Shown here piece after piece: positions 46,744 to 56,929 of a stretch of 64,000 nt of DNA. The notes beneath the pieces are model-generated. The model worked only from the letters and a program-made list of their open reading frames with translations, did not search any database and was not told the DNA's origin. Location: positions 554,303 through 618,302 of the forward strand of contig CP011215.1 in assembly GCA_001029775.1 (NCBI GenBank), read 5' to 3'. Positions within the stretch are counted from its first letter, which is position 1; each line of letters starts with the position of its first letter. The position numbers and the translations under genes were made by a program. Source of the stretch: Candidatus Campbellbacteria bacterium GW2011_OD1_34_28. GTDB taxonomy: Bacteria > Patescibacteriota > Minisyncoccia > Phycocordibacterales > UBA12079.

Positions 46744-48378
46744 ATGACTTTATTCGGTATTACAAGTATCATAACCTTTTTTGCCAGCGTTGGTTTTGGT
46801 CTGGTTGTATATTCTAGCAACAGAGAATCAAAACTAAACAAATCTTGGCTCATTCTATCTATTTTCATCGCTTTTTGGAGCATTTTTCTTTATGGAGTAG
46901 TGTCTTCTCAGTCAGAAAATTCTGCATTATTGTGGCAATATTGTTTAGACTTCATTGCAATTTTTATACCTGTTTTATATTTAAACTTTATTCTTGAATT
47001 TTTAAATATAAAAAATAATGCTCTAAAATTTGGTTCTTTTTTATTTACGATGTTTTTAGCAGTCTTTAGTTTTTCTAGTTATTTTAAGATAGGAGTAATA
47101 AAATCTTTCGATTTTTATTGGGTAAACCCGGGAAAATATTATTTTATATTCCCTGCATTTTTTATTGCCATAATAATAATTTCTTTAATATACTTAATCA
47201 AAGCATACTTAAAAAACAAAAATGATTATACTTTAAGAGGACAAATAAGAAACCAATTAATCGCTGGAATAATTGGTTTTAGCGGAGGAATTACAAATTT
47301 TTTTCCACAACTTTTTGATATCTATCCTTTCGGAAATTATTTCATAATTTTATATGTATTTTTCGTCAGCTATGCAGTTCTTAAATACAAATTCTTGGAT
47401 ACGAAAGTAATCTCTACTCAGTTATTTTCAGGAGCCATTACACTTGTATTTCTTTTCAATCTTCTAAAACACATCGAATCGATCAGTGAGTGGTTAATAA
47501 ATTTTGTTATTTTTATAATGATAGTGACTTTCGTTACTCTCTTAAACAGAAGCATGTATAAAGAATTAGAAGCGAAAAGACAAATTGAAGAACTCGCAGA
47601 AAATCTAAAAGACGCAAACGTACAACTTAAAAAAATGGATAAACAAAAATCGGAGTTTATCAATTTGGCTTCTCATCAATTGCGTGGACCTGTCGCTTCT
47701 CTAAAAGGATATTCTTCTATGATTTTGGAAGGGTCATACGGTCCAATTTCAAAAAAGATAGAAGATGTTGTCACTCGCCTATCCCAATCCAGCAACGCTC
47801 TTGCACTTATCATTGATGACTTTTTAAACCTTTCCAGAATTGAACGAGGAAAAATAGAATTCAACTTTACCGAAGGAAATTTGAAGGAAGTGGTAGACAG
47901 TGCGGTAGAAGAATTGAAACAAAAAGCATTAGATAAAAAATTAAAGATGACTTTCACTGCCAAAAAAGGAAATTATACTTTAAATATGGATTCGGAAAAA
48001 GTAAGACAAATCGTTTCAAATCTAATAGACAACTCTATAAAATATACTCCTAAAGGATCTATCAAAGTAAAACTCTCTCAAGAAAATGAAGAGATGTTAT
48101 TGGAAGTAACCGATACAGGTATTGGTGTTCCCCCTCAAGATATGGACAAATTGTTCAAAAAATTTAGCCGTCTTGCAAATGCTAATGAAGAAAATATTCA
48201 AGGAACAGGTCTTGGCCTATATCTTGCAAAAGAAGTTATGAATGCACACAACGGAAAAATTTGGATAGAATCGGAAGGACAAGACAAAGGATCTTCTTTC
48301 TTTGTTGAGTTTAAAGCAAAAGAGAGAAGAAAAACACCGCGAATCAACTCAGAAAAAGAATTATCTGAGGCAAAATAA
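46744..48378 (+). CDS. membrane sensor histidine kinase
   Basis: 544 aa. Six or more TM helices, H-box ASHQLRGP, HATPase_c with NLIDNSIKYT and GTGLGL. Confidence 0.75.
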   Translation: MTLFGITSIITFFASVGFGLVVYSSNRESKLNKSWLILSIFIAFWSIFLYGVVSSQSENSALLWQYCLDFIAIFIPVLYLNFILEFLNIKNNALKFGSFLFTMFLAVFSFSSYFKIGVIKSFDFYWVNPGKYYFIFPAFFIAIIIISLIYLIKAYLKNKNDYTLRGQIRNQLIAGIIGFSGGITNFFPQLFDIYPFGNYFIILYVFFVSYAVLKYKFLDTKVISTQLFSGAITLVFLFNLLKHIESISEWLINFVIFIMIVTFVTLLNRSMYKELEAKRQIEELAENLKDANVQLKKMDKQKSEFINLASHQLRGPVASLKGYSSMILEGSYGPISKKIEDVVTRLSQSSNALALIIDDFLNLSRIERGKIEFNFTEGNLKEVVDSAVEELKQKALDKKLKMTFTAKKGNYTLNMDSEKVRQIVSNLIDNSIKYTPKGSIKVKLSQENEEMLLEVTDTGIGVPPQDMDKLFKKFSRLANANEENIQGTGLGLYLAKEVMNAHNGKIWIESEGQDKGSSFFVEFKAKERRKTPRINSEKELSEAK

Positions 48379-48418
48379 AAAATGCCCAGTAGCAAGGCTA
48401 CTGGGAATTTTTTTTATT

Positions 48419-49828
48419 TTATTTCTTTAATTGTATTCCCAACTCATCCAATTGTTTTTTGTCTACTTCTGCCGGCGAATCCATCATCGGGTCCCTTGCT
48501 TCTCTTGTTTTTGGGAATGCGATTACTTCTCGGATACTTTCTTCTCCTCGTAAAATCATAATCAATCTGTCCAATCCCCAAGCAATTCCTCCATGAGGAG
48601 GTGTCCCCATATCAAATGCAGAAAACATATGTGCTAAATCTTTTTTCTGAGCTTCTTCGTCATATCCAATTATCTCCAAAGTAGATTTTAAAATCTCTGA
48701 TTTGTGCGCTCTGATACTTCCCCCTCCAATCTCTGATCCATTCAAAGCAATATCGTATTGTCCTGCGATGATACTTCCGATGTCTTGCTTGTTCATCAAC
48801 TTTTCCAAATCTTTTTCTTTTGGTGCAGAAAACGGATTGTGAGTAAATGTCCATTCGCCTTTTGCTTGTGGGTTGTCTGACTTTGCTACTTTTTCAAAAA
48901 ATGGAAAATCTACCACCCAACAAAAAGCAAGTAAATCTTTGTCCTCTTTGTTCTCTCTCATATCTGGTCTATCTGTTCCATATTTTTCCATCGCTTCCGC
49001 ATAAGTGATTCTTGGGAAAGGAACTTGTTGTATCTTTTTCTCTGGATAAAGTTTTTCTACAATTTCTATAAGCAATTTTTCATTCAAAGTGATGATGTCT
49101 TCTTCCTCAACAAAGCTCATCTCTAGGTCTAGCTGAGTAAATTCTGGCTGTCTATCACCTCTCAAGTCTTCGTCTCTCATACAACGAGCAATTTGAAAGT
49201 ATTTTTCAAAACCAGATGTCATCAATAATTGTTTGTATTGTTGTGGTGCTTGTGGCAAAGCAAAAAACTTTCCTTGATATATTCTGGACGGAACCAAATA
49301 GTCTCGCGCTCCTTCGGGAGTAGATTTTGTAAGTAGAGGAGTTTCTATTTCTGTAAAGCCTTCTTTATCCAAATAATCTCTGATAAATTTAATTATTTCG
49401 TATCTCGCTTTTATATTTTTTTGCATTCTATCTGTTCTTAAATCCAAATAACGATATTTAAGACGAGTTTCTTCATTTATTACAGAAGTATCTTGATTAA
49501 TTTCAAAAACAGGCGTTTCTGATTTGTTTAAAACTTTTATATCCAAAACTTCCAATTCAATATCTCCATTGAAAGCATCTTTCTTGATCATTTTTTCTGG
49601 TCTAGCATTTACTTTTCCTTTTACTTCCACCACCCATTCAGGACGAGTTTCTTTGGCCATTTCCAATGCAGGACTATTTGGCAAAACCACACCTTGAATT
49701 TTTCCTGTGGTATCACGAAAATCAAAGAAAGTCATTTTTCCTTGATCTCGGCGTACATCAATCCAGCCAGCAATCGTCACATCCTTTTCTGTGAAATTTT
49801 TTAAATCTTTTATATATGTTTTTTTCAT
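48419..49828 (-). CDS. aspS: aspartyl-tRNA synthetase (archaeal/eukaryotic-type class IIb; AsnRS not excluded)
   Basis: 469 aa. N-terminal OB fold. FALPQAPQQYKQ resembles the AspRS QSPQ motif. Class II motifs 2 and 3. Confidence 0.55.
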   Translation of the reverse strand: MKKTYIKDLKNFTEKDVTIAGWIDVRRDQGKMTFFDFRDTTGKIQGVVLPNSPALEMAKETRPEWVVEVKGKVNARPEKMIKKDAFNGDIELEVLDIKVLNKSETPVFEINQDTSVINEETRLKYRYLDLRTDRMQKNIKARYEIIKFIRDYLDKEGFTEIETPLLTKSTPEGARDYLVPSRIYQGKFFALPQAPQQYKQLLMTSGFEKYFQIARCMRDEDLRGDRQPEFTQLDLEMSFVEEEDIITLNEKLLIEIVEKLYPEKKIQQVPFPRITYAEAMEKYGTDRPDMRENKEDKDLLAFCWVVDFPFFEKVAKSDNPQAKGEWTFTHNPFSAPKEKDLEKLMNKQDIGSIIAGQYDIALNGSEIGGGSIRAHKSEILKSTLEIIGYDEEAQKKDLAHMFSAFDMGTPPHGGIAWGLDRLIMILRGEESIREVIAFPKTREARDPMMDSPAEVDKKQLDELGIQLKK

Positions 49829-49859
49829 AAAACTTATTTTATCATAAAATAAAAATAAT

Positions 49860-50912
49860 CTAGCTCAAAAGGGCAATTATCATTCCGAGAATTGCAAAAA
49901 TGACACTGATAATCCAATATCTCATTACCACTTTATAGCTTGGCCAGCCGATAGCTTCAAAATGATGATGTATCGGTGCAACACGAAATACTTTTTTGCC
50001 TCTGATTTTTTTTGAAGATACTTGAATAATATTTCCCAAAACAGTTGCAAAAAGAGGAAAAGCAATAATAGGTAAAACTAAAACGTGTCCTGTTAAAAAT
50101 GCGACGACAGTCAATGTTGTAGTTAATCCCAATATACCAGTTTCCGACATATAAAATCTTGCAGGGGGAATATTAAACCAAAGGAAAGCCAAAATACCGC
50201 CGACAATCATTGCACAAAAAGCAGCCAAATCTATTTGCCCTTGGAAAAAAGCAATTCCAGCATAGGCGGAGAAAATTGTTGCCATCACTCCTCCCGACAA
50301 TCCATCTATTCCATCAATCACACCTGACGCAAAAAGAGAAAGCATTACCATCATGAAGAAAGGAATAAATAAAATTCCCAATTCTAACACTCCGTCCAAG
50401 GGAATGTTTATAGAAGAAACACCAAGTTTTGAATAAAACCACCAACCACCAATTGCACCAATCAAAAGAACCAAAATAATTCTAAGCTTTAAGGGCAAAC
50501 CACCAGCAATATATTTCCCTTTATTCAAGACGAGGGCAAGATCGTCTACCAAACCAAGCAAAGAAGCAGTAACCAGTGTAAATAAAGGCAACCATGTCTG
50601 GCTCCTACTCATAAAATCTAATTTTGTAGTTAATTCATTTGGAAACAAAAAAGAAGCCAGCCAAAAAAGGAAAATAGTGATCAAAGAGCTTGCCCAAATA
50701 ATTACTCCGCCCATTCTAGGAGTACCAGTGTCTTTTTCTTTGTGTAATTCATTAAAAATAGGAGTCCCACTCTTATCACCCAAACCAGCTTCTTTTCCAG
50801 CTTTTTTCTTCCACATCTTATTTTTATATAAAAAGTGCGTCAAAAAAGGCGTCAAAGCGATGCCTGTAAAAAATGCCACTGTCCAAGGAATTAATATTTT
50901 TAATGCGTCCAT
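49860..50912 (-). CDS. mraY: phospho-N-acetylmuramoyl-pentapeptide transferase
   Basis: 350 aa. GTPRMGG, DGIDGL and HHHFE motifs in a polytopic membrane protein. Confidence 0.75.
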   Translation of the reverse strand: MDALKILIPWTVAFFTGIALTPFLTHFLYKNKMWKKKAGKEAGLGDKSGTPIFNELHKEKDTGTPRMGGVIIWASSLITIFLFWLASFLFPNELTTKLDFMSRSQTWLPLFTLVTASLLGLVDDLALVLNKGKYIAGGLPLKLRIILVLLIGAIGGWWFYSKLGVSSINIPLDGVLELGILFIPFFMMVMLSLFASGVIDGIDGLSGGVMATIFSAYAGIAFFQGQIDLAAFCAMIVGGILAFLWFNIPPARFYMSETGILGLTTTLTVVAFLTGHVLVLPIIAFPLFATVLGNIIQVSSKKIRGKKVFRVAPIHHHFEAIGWPSYKVVMRYWIISVIFAILGMIIALLS

Positions 50913-51084
50913 AAATCAGTCTATAGTTTTTAGCTGTTAGTTTTTAGAAAGTTATTTAATAAATCAATTTAAAGTATAAGATATAAAGCGCTAAGTACAA
51001 AGTGTTGACAAGTAACATTTTTTAATTTAAATTAAAAATAGACAGGTAGAGAAATCAACATCCAATCAATATTGAGGAGAAAAA

Positions 51085-51339
51085 ATGCCTTTCAAAAAGA
51101 AATATTTTTTAATTTTCTTTGTTGCACTTTTTATCTTATTTATCTCAATTTTTTTGGATATCAAGACATCATTAGAATTGGGTTTAATAGAGGTAATCTG
51201 CGTTTGTATATTAATTTCTCAAATTATATTTATACCAGTATTTGAAGATATAAAATGCCCATTATGTAGATCGTGGGATACCCACAGAAGTATATTTGGT
51301 ATCATTTGGTGTCCCCGTTGTCATCATAAATTTTGGTAA
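51085..51339 (+). CDS. small membrane protein with C-terminal CxxC..CxxC zinc ribbon
   Basis: 84 aa. Hairpin terminator aaaggcgggctttcgcaagaaagcccgccctttt follows. Confidence 0.4.
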   Translation: MPFKKKYFLIFFVALFILFISIFLDIKTSLELGLIEVICVCILISQIIFIPVFEDIKCPLCRSWDTHRSIFGIIWCPRCHHKFW

Positions 51340-51417
51340 TATCAAAAGGCGGGCTTTCGCAAGAAAGCCCGCCCTTTTTATTTTCAAAATTTCTTACACC
51401 TTACCCCTTACACCTTA

Positions 51418-52380
51418 CTACTCGACTTGTCCTATCTGATTAATACTTGAATTCACCAATTTTATTACATCATCAAATCTCCCCTCTTTGCTAGATCCCA
51501 AAACAGAAACAATTATCGGATGACCAATTCCGACATCAAACACGACCACCAAATTTCCCCCCGCCAAATCTGTAAATCCTGTTTTTGATCCAATAATCCC
51601 TGGGATATTTTCAACAAATTGATTTGTGTTTTCAAACAAATGATTTTTGTTATCCGAACTTATTCTTAACACAGGATATTTTGTCGCTTCAATCAATTTA
51701 TAATTGTTTTTTATAATATGATTCATTAGAAAAGCTATGTCTTTTGCCGAGCCATAAGCTCCACTCACAAGATCACTCTCATCAAGACCAGACTCGTTCA
51801 AGAAAAAAGTTTGCGCCAAACCGATTTCTTTTGCTTTTTTATTCATCTCATCTATAAACATTTCTCTTTCTGTTTTTTCACCATCTTTCAGTCTGATATA
51901 TCCGATAACAGAAGCGAGAGCATGTGCTCCATCATTTGAAGAAGCAGTTAATGTCATATCTGAAACATTTTTAAATTTTAAATTTTCTCCAACAAGCAAC
52001 CCATTGTCCCCTTCTATATTCAGATCTTCTTGTCTTATTGTAATGACAGTGTCTTTTGAAACCAATTCAGAAGATACAAGCACAGTCATAAGTTTTGTTA
52101 AAGAAGCAAGAGGCAGTTGTGTTTCGGCGTTTTTTTGAAAAAGAATTTCTCCTGTTTTTGCATCAAAAACAAATGCCGATTTTGCTTCCAATTCACCAGA
52201 AATATCTTTGAAATAATTCTTCTCTATCTTTGTTACCACACCCGCGTTTTCTTCCAATTTTTTATTTTCATTGTTCTTCCAAAAAATCCAAAACAAAACA
52301 ATCACCATTATAAAAATAATGACTGAAACAGCGATCAAAATTATTCTTTTTTTGTCATCAAAAAAATTCATATTATTCAT
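51418..52380 (-). CDS. D-alanyl-D-alanine carboxypeptidase (S11, PBP5-like)
   Basis: SxxK (ASLTKLMT) serine active site after an N-terminal TM. Start trimmed to avoid overlap with scpB. Confidence 0.65.
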   Translation of the reverse strand: MNNMNFFDDKKRIILIAVSVIIFIMVIVLFWIFWKNNENKKLEENAGVVTKIEKNYFKDISGELEAKSAFVFDAKTGEILFQKNAETQLPLASLTKLMTVLVSSELVSKDTVITIRQEDLNIEGDNGLLVGENLKFKNVSDMTLTASSNDGAHALASVIGYIRLKDGEKTEREMFIDEMNKKAKEIGLAQTFFLNESGLDESDLVSGAYGSAKDIAFLMNHIIKNNYKLIEATKYPVLRISSDNKNHLFENTNQFVENIPGIIGSKTGFTDLAGGNLVVVFDVGIGHPIIVSVLGSSKEGRFDDVIKLVNSSINQIGQVE

Positions 52381-52945
52381 CGTCCAATAAGGCTTGAGAA
52401 TCTTCCTCAAACATTTCACTCTCTATTTCAACTGCTTTTTTTAACTCGCTTATCACTTTATCATATTCGGGCAATTCTTCTAAACTAGAAACCCCCAAGA
52501 AAGAAAGCAATTCAAATGTCGGAATATATAAATACGAACGCTGGTCATTTTCATCTGACTTTCTTTCCACTAATCCTCTAATCATCAAATTTCTCAAAAT
52601 AGATCCCGAATTTACCCCTCTAATATAATCTATCTCCGATTTTCTGACAGGACCCTTATATAAAACAATTGAAAGAGTTTCTATTCCTGCTTTCCCTATA
52701 TCTCTGGACAATTCTTCTTTTTTCAAATTTTCAATTACTTCGTGCATTTCAGGAGAAGTTCCCAACATCACCTTGTTATCATTTTTAATTAAACAAATTC
52801 CCCTGTCTTTGAAACTTTCTTTTAACAAATTCAATGCATCAGATATTTCGCCCTCTTTCACATTTAAAATTTCAGCAAGTTGTTTTGTTGAAACTGGCTC
52901 GCCTTTGAAAAATAATATTGATTCTATTTTTGAACTTAAATTCAT
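52373..52945 (-). CDS. scpB: segregation and condensation protein B
   Basis: 190 aa. Winged-helix ScpB pattern. Adjacent to scpA. Confidence 0.75.
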   Translation of the reverse strand: MNLSSKIESILFFKGEPVSTKQLAEILNVKEGEISDALNLLKESFKDRGICLIKNDNKVMLGTSPEMHEVIENLKKEELSRDIGKAGIETLSIVLYKGPVRKSEIDYIRGVNSGSILRNLMIRGLVERKSDENDQRSYLYIPTFELLSFLGVSSLEELPEYDKVISELKKAVEIESEMFEEDSQALLDDE

Positions 52946-53056
52946 AAAAATTTTTATATTAATCCAAATTAGGATGTGTTTTTATGGATTGCTTCGCTTC
53001 GCTCGCAAAGACGATGAGAGTGACGAAACAATTCACAATTTAATAATTTAAAGATA

Positions 53057-53782
53057 TTAATAAACCGGAGTACTGATATCGGTATTCTCAATATCAATCT
53101 CTCCAAAAGTAGCAGTTTGTTTTACCGCCACAATACCTTGTTTTACCAATTCCAACACCGCCAAAAAACTGACAACAACATTTATTTTTTCTGTTTTGTT
53201 TCCAGAAAATTCACTAAAACTCATTTTGACTTGTCTCTTAATTCTTTCTGTTAGATTGTCTATCATTTCTTCTAGACTGATTACTTTTCTTACGGCTCCT
53301 TTTGAAATAATTTCTTTTTTAGGCAATTTTGTAATAACCGAAACAATAGAAGAAAATAAATTATCTACACTAGTGTGTTTGTCGGGAGAAAAAATAATTT
53401 CAATATTTTTTGTTTTATTACCTGCAAAAATAATATTTTTTCCAAATCTCTGGTTAACATGAACAGAAAGCTCACGAAATCTTTTATAAAGTTTTAATCT
53501 GTTTTCAAGATCCTCAATACTTTGTTCTTCTTCTGTAGACAAATTTAAATTTGGCAAAAGCGATTTTGATTTTATAAGCATTAAAGCCGAGGCAATTAAA
53601 ACAAACTCGGAGGATTCTCTTATAGACATTGATCCCCTATTCCTTATATATTCAATATAATCATCAGCAATAACAGACAAGGAAATATCGTTTATAAAAA
53701 GTCTTCTCTTTTCTATTAAATCTAGAAGCAACCCCAAAGGGCCTTCAAAAGATTGTGTTTTTATTGTATATTCTGAATCCAT
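53057..53782 (-). CDS. scpA: segregation and condensation protein A
   Basis: 241 aa. FEGPLGLLLDLIEKRRLFINDISL is the ScpA N-terminus. Confidence 0.75.
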   Translation of the reverse strand: MDSEYTIKTQSFEGPLGLLLDLIEKRRLFINDISLSVIADDYIEYIRNRGSMSIRESSEFVLIASALMLIKSKSLLPNLNLSTEEEQSIEDLENRLKLYKRFRELSVHVNQRFGKNIIFAGNKTKNIEIIFSPDKHTSVDNLFSSIVSVITKLPKKEIISKGAVRKVISLEEMIDNLTERIKRQVKMSFSEFSGNKTEKINVVVSFLAVLELVKQGIVAVKQTATFGEIDIENTDISTPVY

Positions 53783-53886
53783 GTTTCTATCATTATAACA
53801 ATAAATTCAAGATAAAAAAGAGAATTTTGATTTAAAAAAGACCAACGCTGAAAGCGCTGGTCTTTTGACAAGTTCACCGGGCGGAG

Positions 53887-54141
53887 TTAGTTTTCCCAGT
53901 GAACCGGTCCGTGGAAGAGGCCGGCTTTGAGGGAATAGTCTTTCCCTCTGAAGTTGAACTGAACAGCTCTCAGATCGTCATTTCGTCCAGTAACCTGGAC
54001 GACGACTTCTCCGGTGCTACCATTCAGTGCCCTGACCAAATCGAGTCCTTCGGGACTTTGATGCCCCAAGAGGATCCTTTTGACATGGTCAACCTCAAAA
54101 GCAGCCTTTCCTTTTGCCGGTACAAAACCTTCTTTGCTCAT
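53887..54141 (-). CDS. small hypothetical protein (GC-rich cargo)
   Basis: 84 aa. RBS gggag plus ATG at 54141. Promoter TTGACA-17-TATATT at about 54215-54245 (minus). Bidirectional terminator at 53838-53868. Confidence 0.4.
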   Translation of the reverse strand: MSKEGFVPAKGKAAFEVDHVKRILLGHQSPEGLDLVRALNGSTGEVVVQVTGRNDDLRAVQFNFRGKDYSLKAGLFHGPVHWEN

Positions 54142-54344
54142 ACCAAACTCCCTATAAAAAAGAAAAAAGAAACCGTGACAGCACCCATACCGTCACAGAC
54201 CTGATTTCAAATATAGCTACTTTAAACCCTTATGTCAAATGTTTTTCCACAACAAGTTGTTCGTTGATTTTAATTGACATACAATTTTGGCAAGCATAGA
54301 ATAAAATCAGAAGTGTTCTCTCAAACCTTTGGAAAGGAGTGGTT

Positions 54345-54767
54345 ATGAACGAGATTGATAAATTGGCATTGATGGCGTCGTTGTCCGAAGAGCACTGCGA
54401 ACTTAACCATGGACCCGAAACATCTCATTTATTTACCCCTGCAATTGATTATCTTATTCAGCCATTTGGATATACCGTGAGCGATGTAGAAGAAGTTTCT
54501 GTGAGGGATATGATTGTCCCCATCTGCGCCGAGTGTGCAAAAGCATTGCAAGGTAACGAATGGACACTCTTTTATTGTTTTGAGTGCAACAGTAGTCATT
54601 GGATTTATCGCAAACATGCCCGTCTGCGTTACCGATACAATGTCCTCTGGCTTCGGGGCTGTCCTGAATGTACCAAAGAATTCGGTGGTCTCTACTTTTC
54701 CGATTTCAAGGGATTGCCCGAAGAAACCTATTTCTTGAGCCAACAGGCTGTAAAAAAAATCGTTTGA
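54345..54767 (+). CDS. Cys-rich hypothetical protein (GC-rich cargo, divergent from 53887..54141)
   Basis: RBS aaaggag plus ATG at 54345. Promoter ttgacat..tagaat at about 54264-54293. Multiple CxxC pairs. Hairpin terminator 54776-54810. Confidence 0.45.
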   Translation: MNEIDKLALMASLSEEHCELNHGPETSHLFTPAIDYLIQPFGYTVSDVEEVSVRDMIVPICAECAKALQGNEWTLFYCFECNSSHWIYRKHARLRYRYNVLWLRGCPECTKEFGGLYFSDFKGLPEETYFLSQQAVKKIV

Positions 54768-55401
54768 TTTTCACAAAAACAAAAACTCATGTCATCTTCA
54801 CGACATGAGCTTTTTTAATTTATTATTTTATTTTTATTATCTCAAAATTGCGTTTAGAAGAGTAATAACAAAACTGAACCCTCCTGAAATGAGTGCTAAA
54901 ACAGTTGGTCTATCTCTATACCACTTATAATATCTTGGGTCAGGGTTGCTGTCCATAAACAAATAAAATAATAACTAGACGGTTAGTATTACAACTGAAA
55001 CAACATAACTAATTGTTCCTGTGAATAATGCCAATGCTAGTAATCCTTCGTATTTTGTATTCATACCTTAAATAATACAACACTAAAACAAAAATTGGAA
55101 AGCCAATTTATCAACAGCTATTTTTAATAGTGTGTTGACATTATAGATTATATATAATATAAAAAGAGTATGGAAACAAATTGGAAAAATATTAATAGAG
55201 GCCCAAAAACAGACGCGCAAGATTCTTGTGTAATGTTTTTGAATTACCAAACAAAGGCTGGGCAGAATATTTTTTCAACTTCTAATAAAATCCCTATCAA
55301 TTAAGGATTATAAACTATTTAGAAATACAGAGGTTCAAAAAATATCCTGCTCAAAAACGAGCAGGATATTTTGTTCTTTAGTGTTCTTCGAAAACAAAAC
55401 A

Positions 55402-55989
55402 ATGGAGAAAAAAATGGAAAAAGAAAAAAACAAGGCGGTATTTTTGGAAGGAAAAAAAGTAAATCTTCGACCTGTAAAAGAAGAGGATGCCGAAAAATTT
55501 ATTCAGTGGGTAAATGATCAGGAAGTGACACAATACCTCATTATGTTTATGCCTATTACTCTTATGCAAGAAAAAGAGTGGGTAAAAAATGTCAGCTGTA
55601 AAGATAATGAGTTGTTTCTTGTCATTGAGACAAAAGATGGAGAGGCTATCGGCACAACCGGATTTCACCAAATAAATTGGAAAGACAGAAATGCTTCACA
55701 CGGCATTATGATCGGAAATAAAAAATATTGGGGAGGCGGATTTGGAACTGAGGCGGGAATGCTTTTGTTCAACTATGCTTTTCAGGAATTGGGTTTAAAC
55801 AAAATAAATTCCAACCTCATCGGCTATAACAAAAGAAGCCTTCGCTACCACCTTGGTTGTGGTTTTAAAATTGTCGGAAGAATGCGCAAGCAGGTCTTTC
55901 GCAAGGGATCTTTTCACGATCAGATCTTTGTAGATCTTTTCCCGAAAGATTTTAAAAAGGTGTGGAAAAAGTATATTTCTTCAAAATAA
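55402..55989 (+). CDS. GNAT-family N-acetyltransferase (RimJ/RimL-like)
   Basis: Start MEKKMEK. Acetyl-CoA-binding core pattern (IGNKKYWGGGFGTEA). Confidence 0.6.
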   Translation: MEKKMEKEKNKAVFLEGKKVNLRPVKEEDAEKFIQWVNDQEVTQYLIMFMPITLMQEKEWVKNVSCKDNELFLVIETKDGEAIGTTGFHQINWKDRNASHGIMIGNKKYWGGGFGTEAGMLLFNYAFQELGLNKINSNLIGYNKRSLRYHLGCGFKIVGRMRKQVFRKGSFHDQIFVDLFPKDFKKVWKKYISSK

Positions 55990-56043
55990 AAACCTTCACA
56001 CAGAGCAACGACACTCCCGTATTGCAATATATGGGAGTGTTTT

Positions 56044-56592
56044 TTATTTCATAAAAACCAACTCTACCCTACTTACTTCATAAGGTTCTTTTGAGTGAGA
56101 AATACTTAGATTAGATTTTTTGAAAGTTTTGTGTAAATGTTTTGCTATTCTTACCGCCAACTGATTTTCTGTTGTAGTCACATTGAAAGACTCTCTGTCT
56201 TTCCTTATTCTGATGATGCGACTTTGAGGATCTTTTTTTAATTCCCTTTCTGCAAAAGCTTTTATCGTATTTAAAACATCGTCTTTATAATTTACAGAAA
56301 CATTTTTTATAGTAATTTCACCTTCATACAAACCTTCTTTTATCATCTTACAAGCAGGACACTGTCTAAAGTGATGCTCTTTTTTATCAAATTCTTTTTT
56401 TGAGAAAAAATCTTTCCCCAATGCTTTGCTGTCTGAATGATGCCACTCTTTTTTAAACAAAACATTTTTACAGTCAGGACAAACAGCAACACCTTCTGCT
56501 GATTTCCAATGTTGATCATTTTTTTGTTCTCCTTTTCTCAAAAGAACTTTTTTAGATCTTGTATTTTTTGATGCCTTATAAAATTTTGACAT
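56044..56592 (-). CDS. zinc-ribbon-containing hypothetical protein
   Basis: 182 aa. CPDC and CPAC pairs in a basic protein. Confidence 0.4.
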   Translation of the reverse strand: MSKFYKASKNTRSKKVLLRKGEQKNDQHWKSAEGVAVCPDCKNVLFKKEWHHSDSKALGKDFFSKKEFDKKEHHFRQCPACKMIKEGLYEGEITIKNVSVNYKDDVLNTIKAFAERELKKDPQSRIIRIRKDRESFNVTTTENQLAVRIAKHLHKTFKKSNLSISHSKEPYEVSRVELVFMK

Positions 56593-56929
56593 AAGTCTGA
56601 TTTAAATTATTCACTAATAAAATCGACCTATATAGAAAATTGTTTGTCAGATGTAGAGTAAGTTTCGCTTTTTCAAGCGGAAGACTATATATAGATATTA
56701 TATCACAGACAAGGCTGATAGCCGATAGCTTATAGCCAATACCTGCCTGCCGTGTCGTTGCTTTTCTTTTAGAAAAGAAGCAGGGATGATAGTAACGATG
56801 AGCGAGTTTTTAATTTGACACACTGTTTCGTAATTCAAAAAAGAGAGAAATTTGTTTCACAAATTTCTCTCTTTTTTTTCTTACTGACTATCAGCTATAA
56901 GCTATCGGCTATTGGCTTTTTATTTGATT

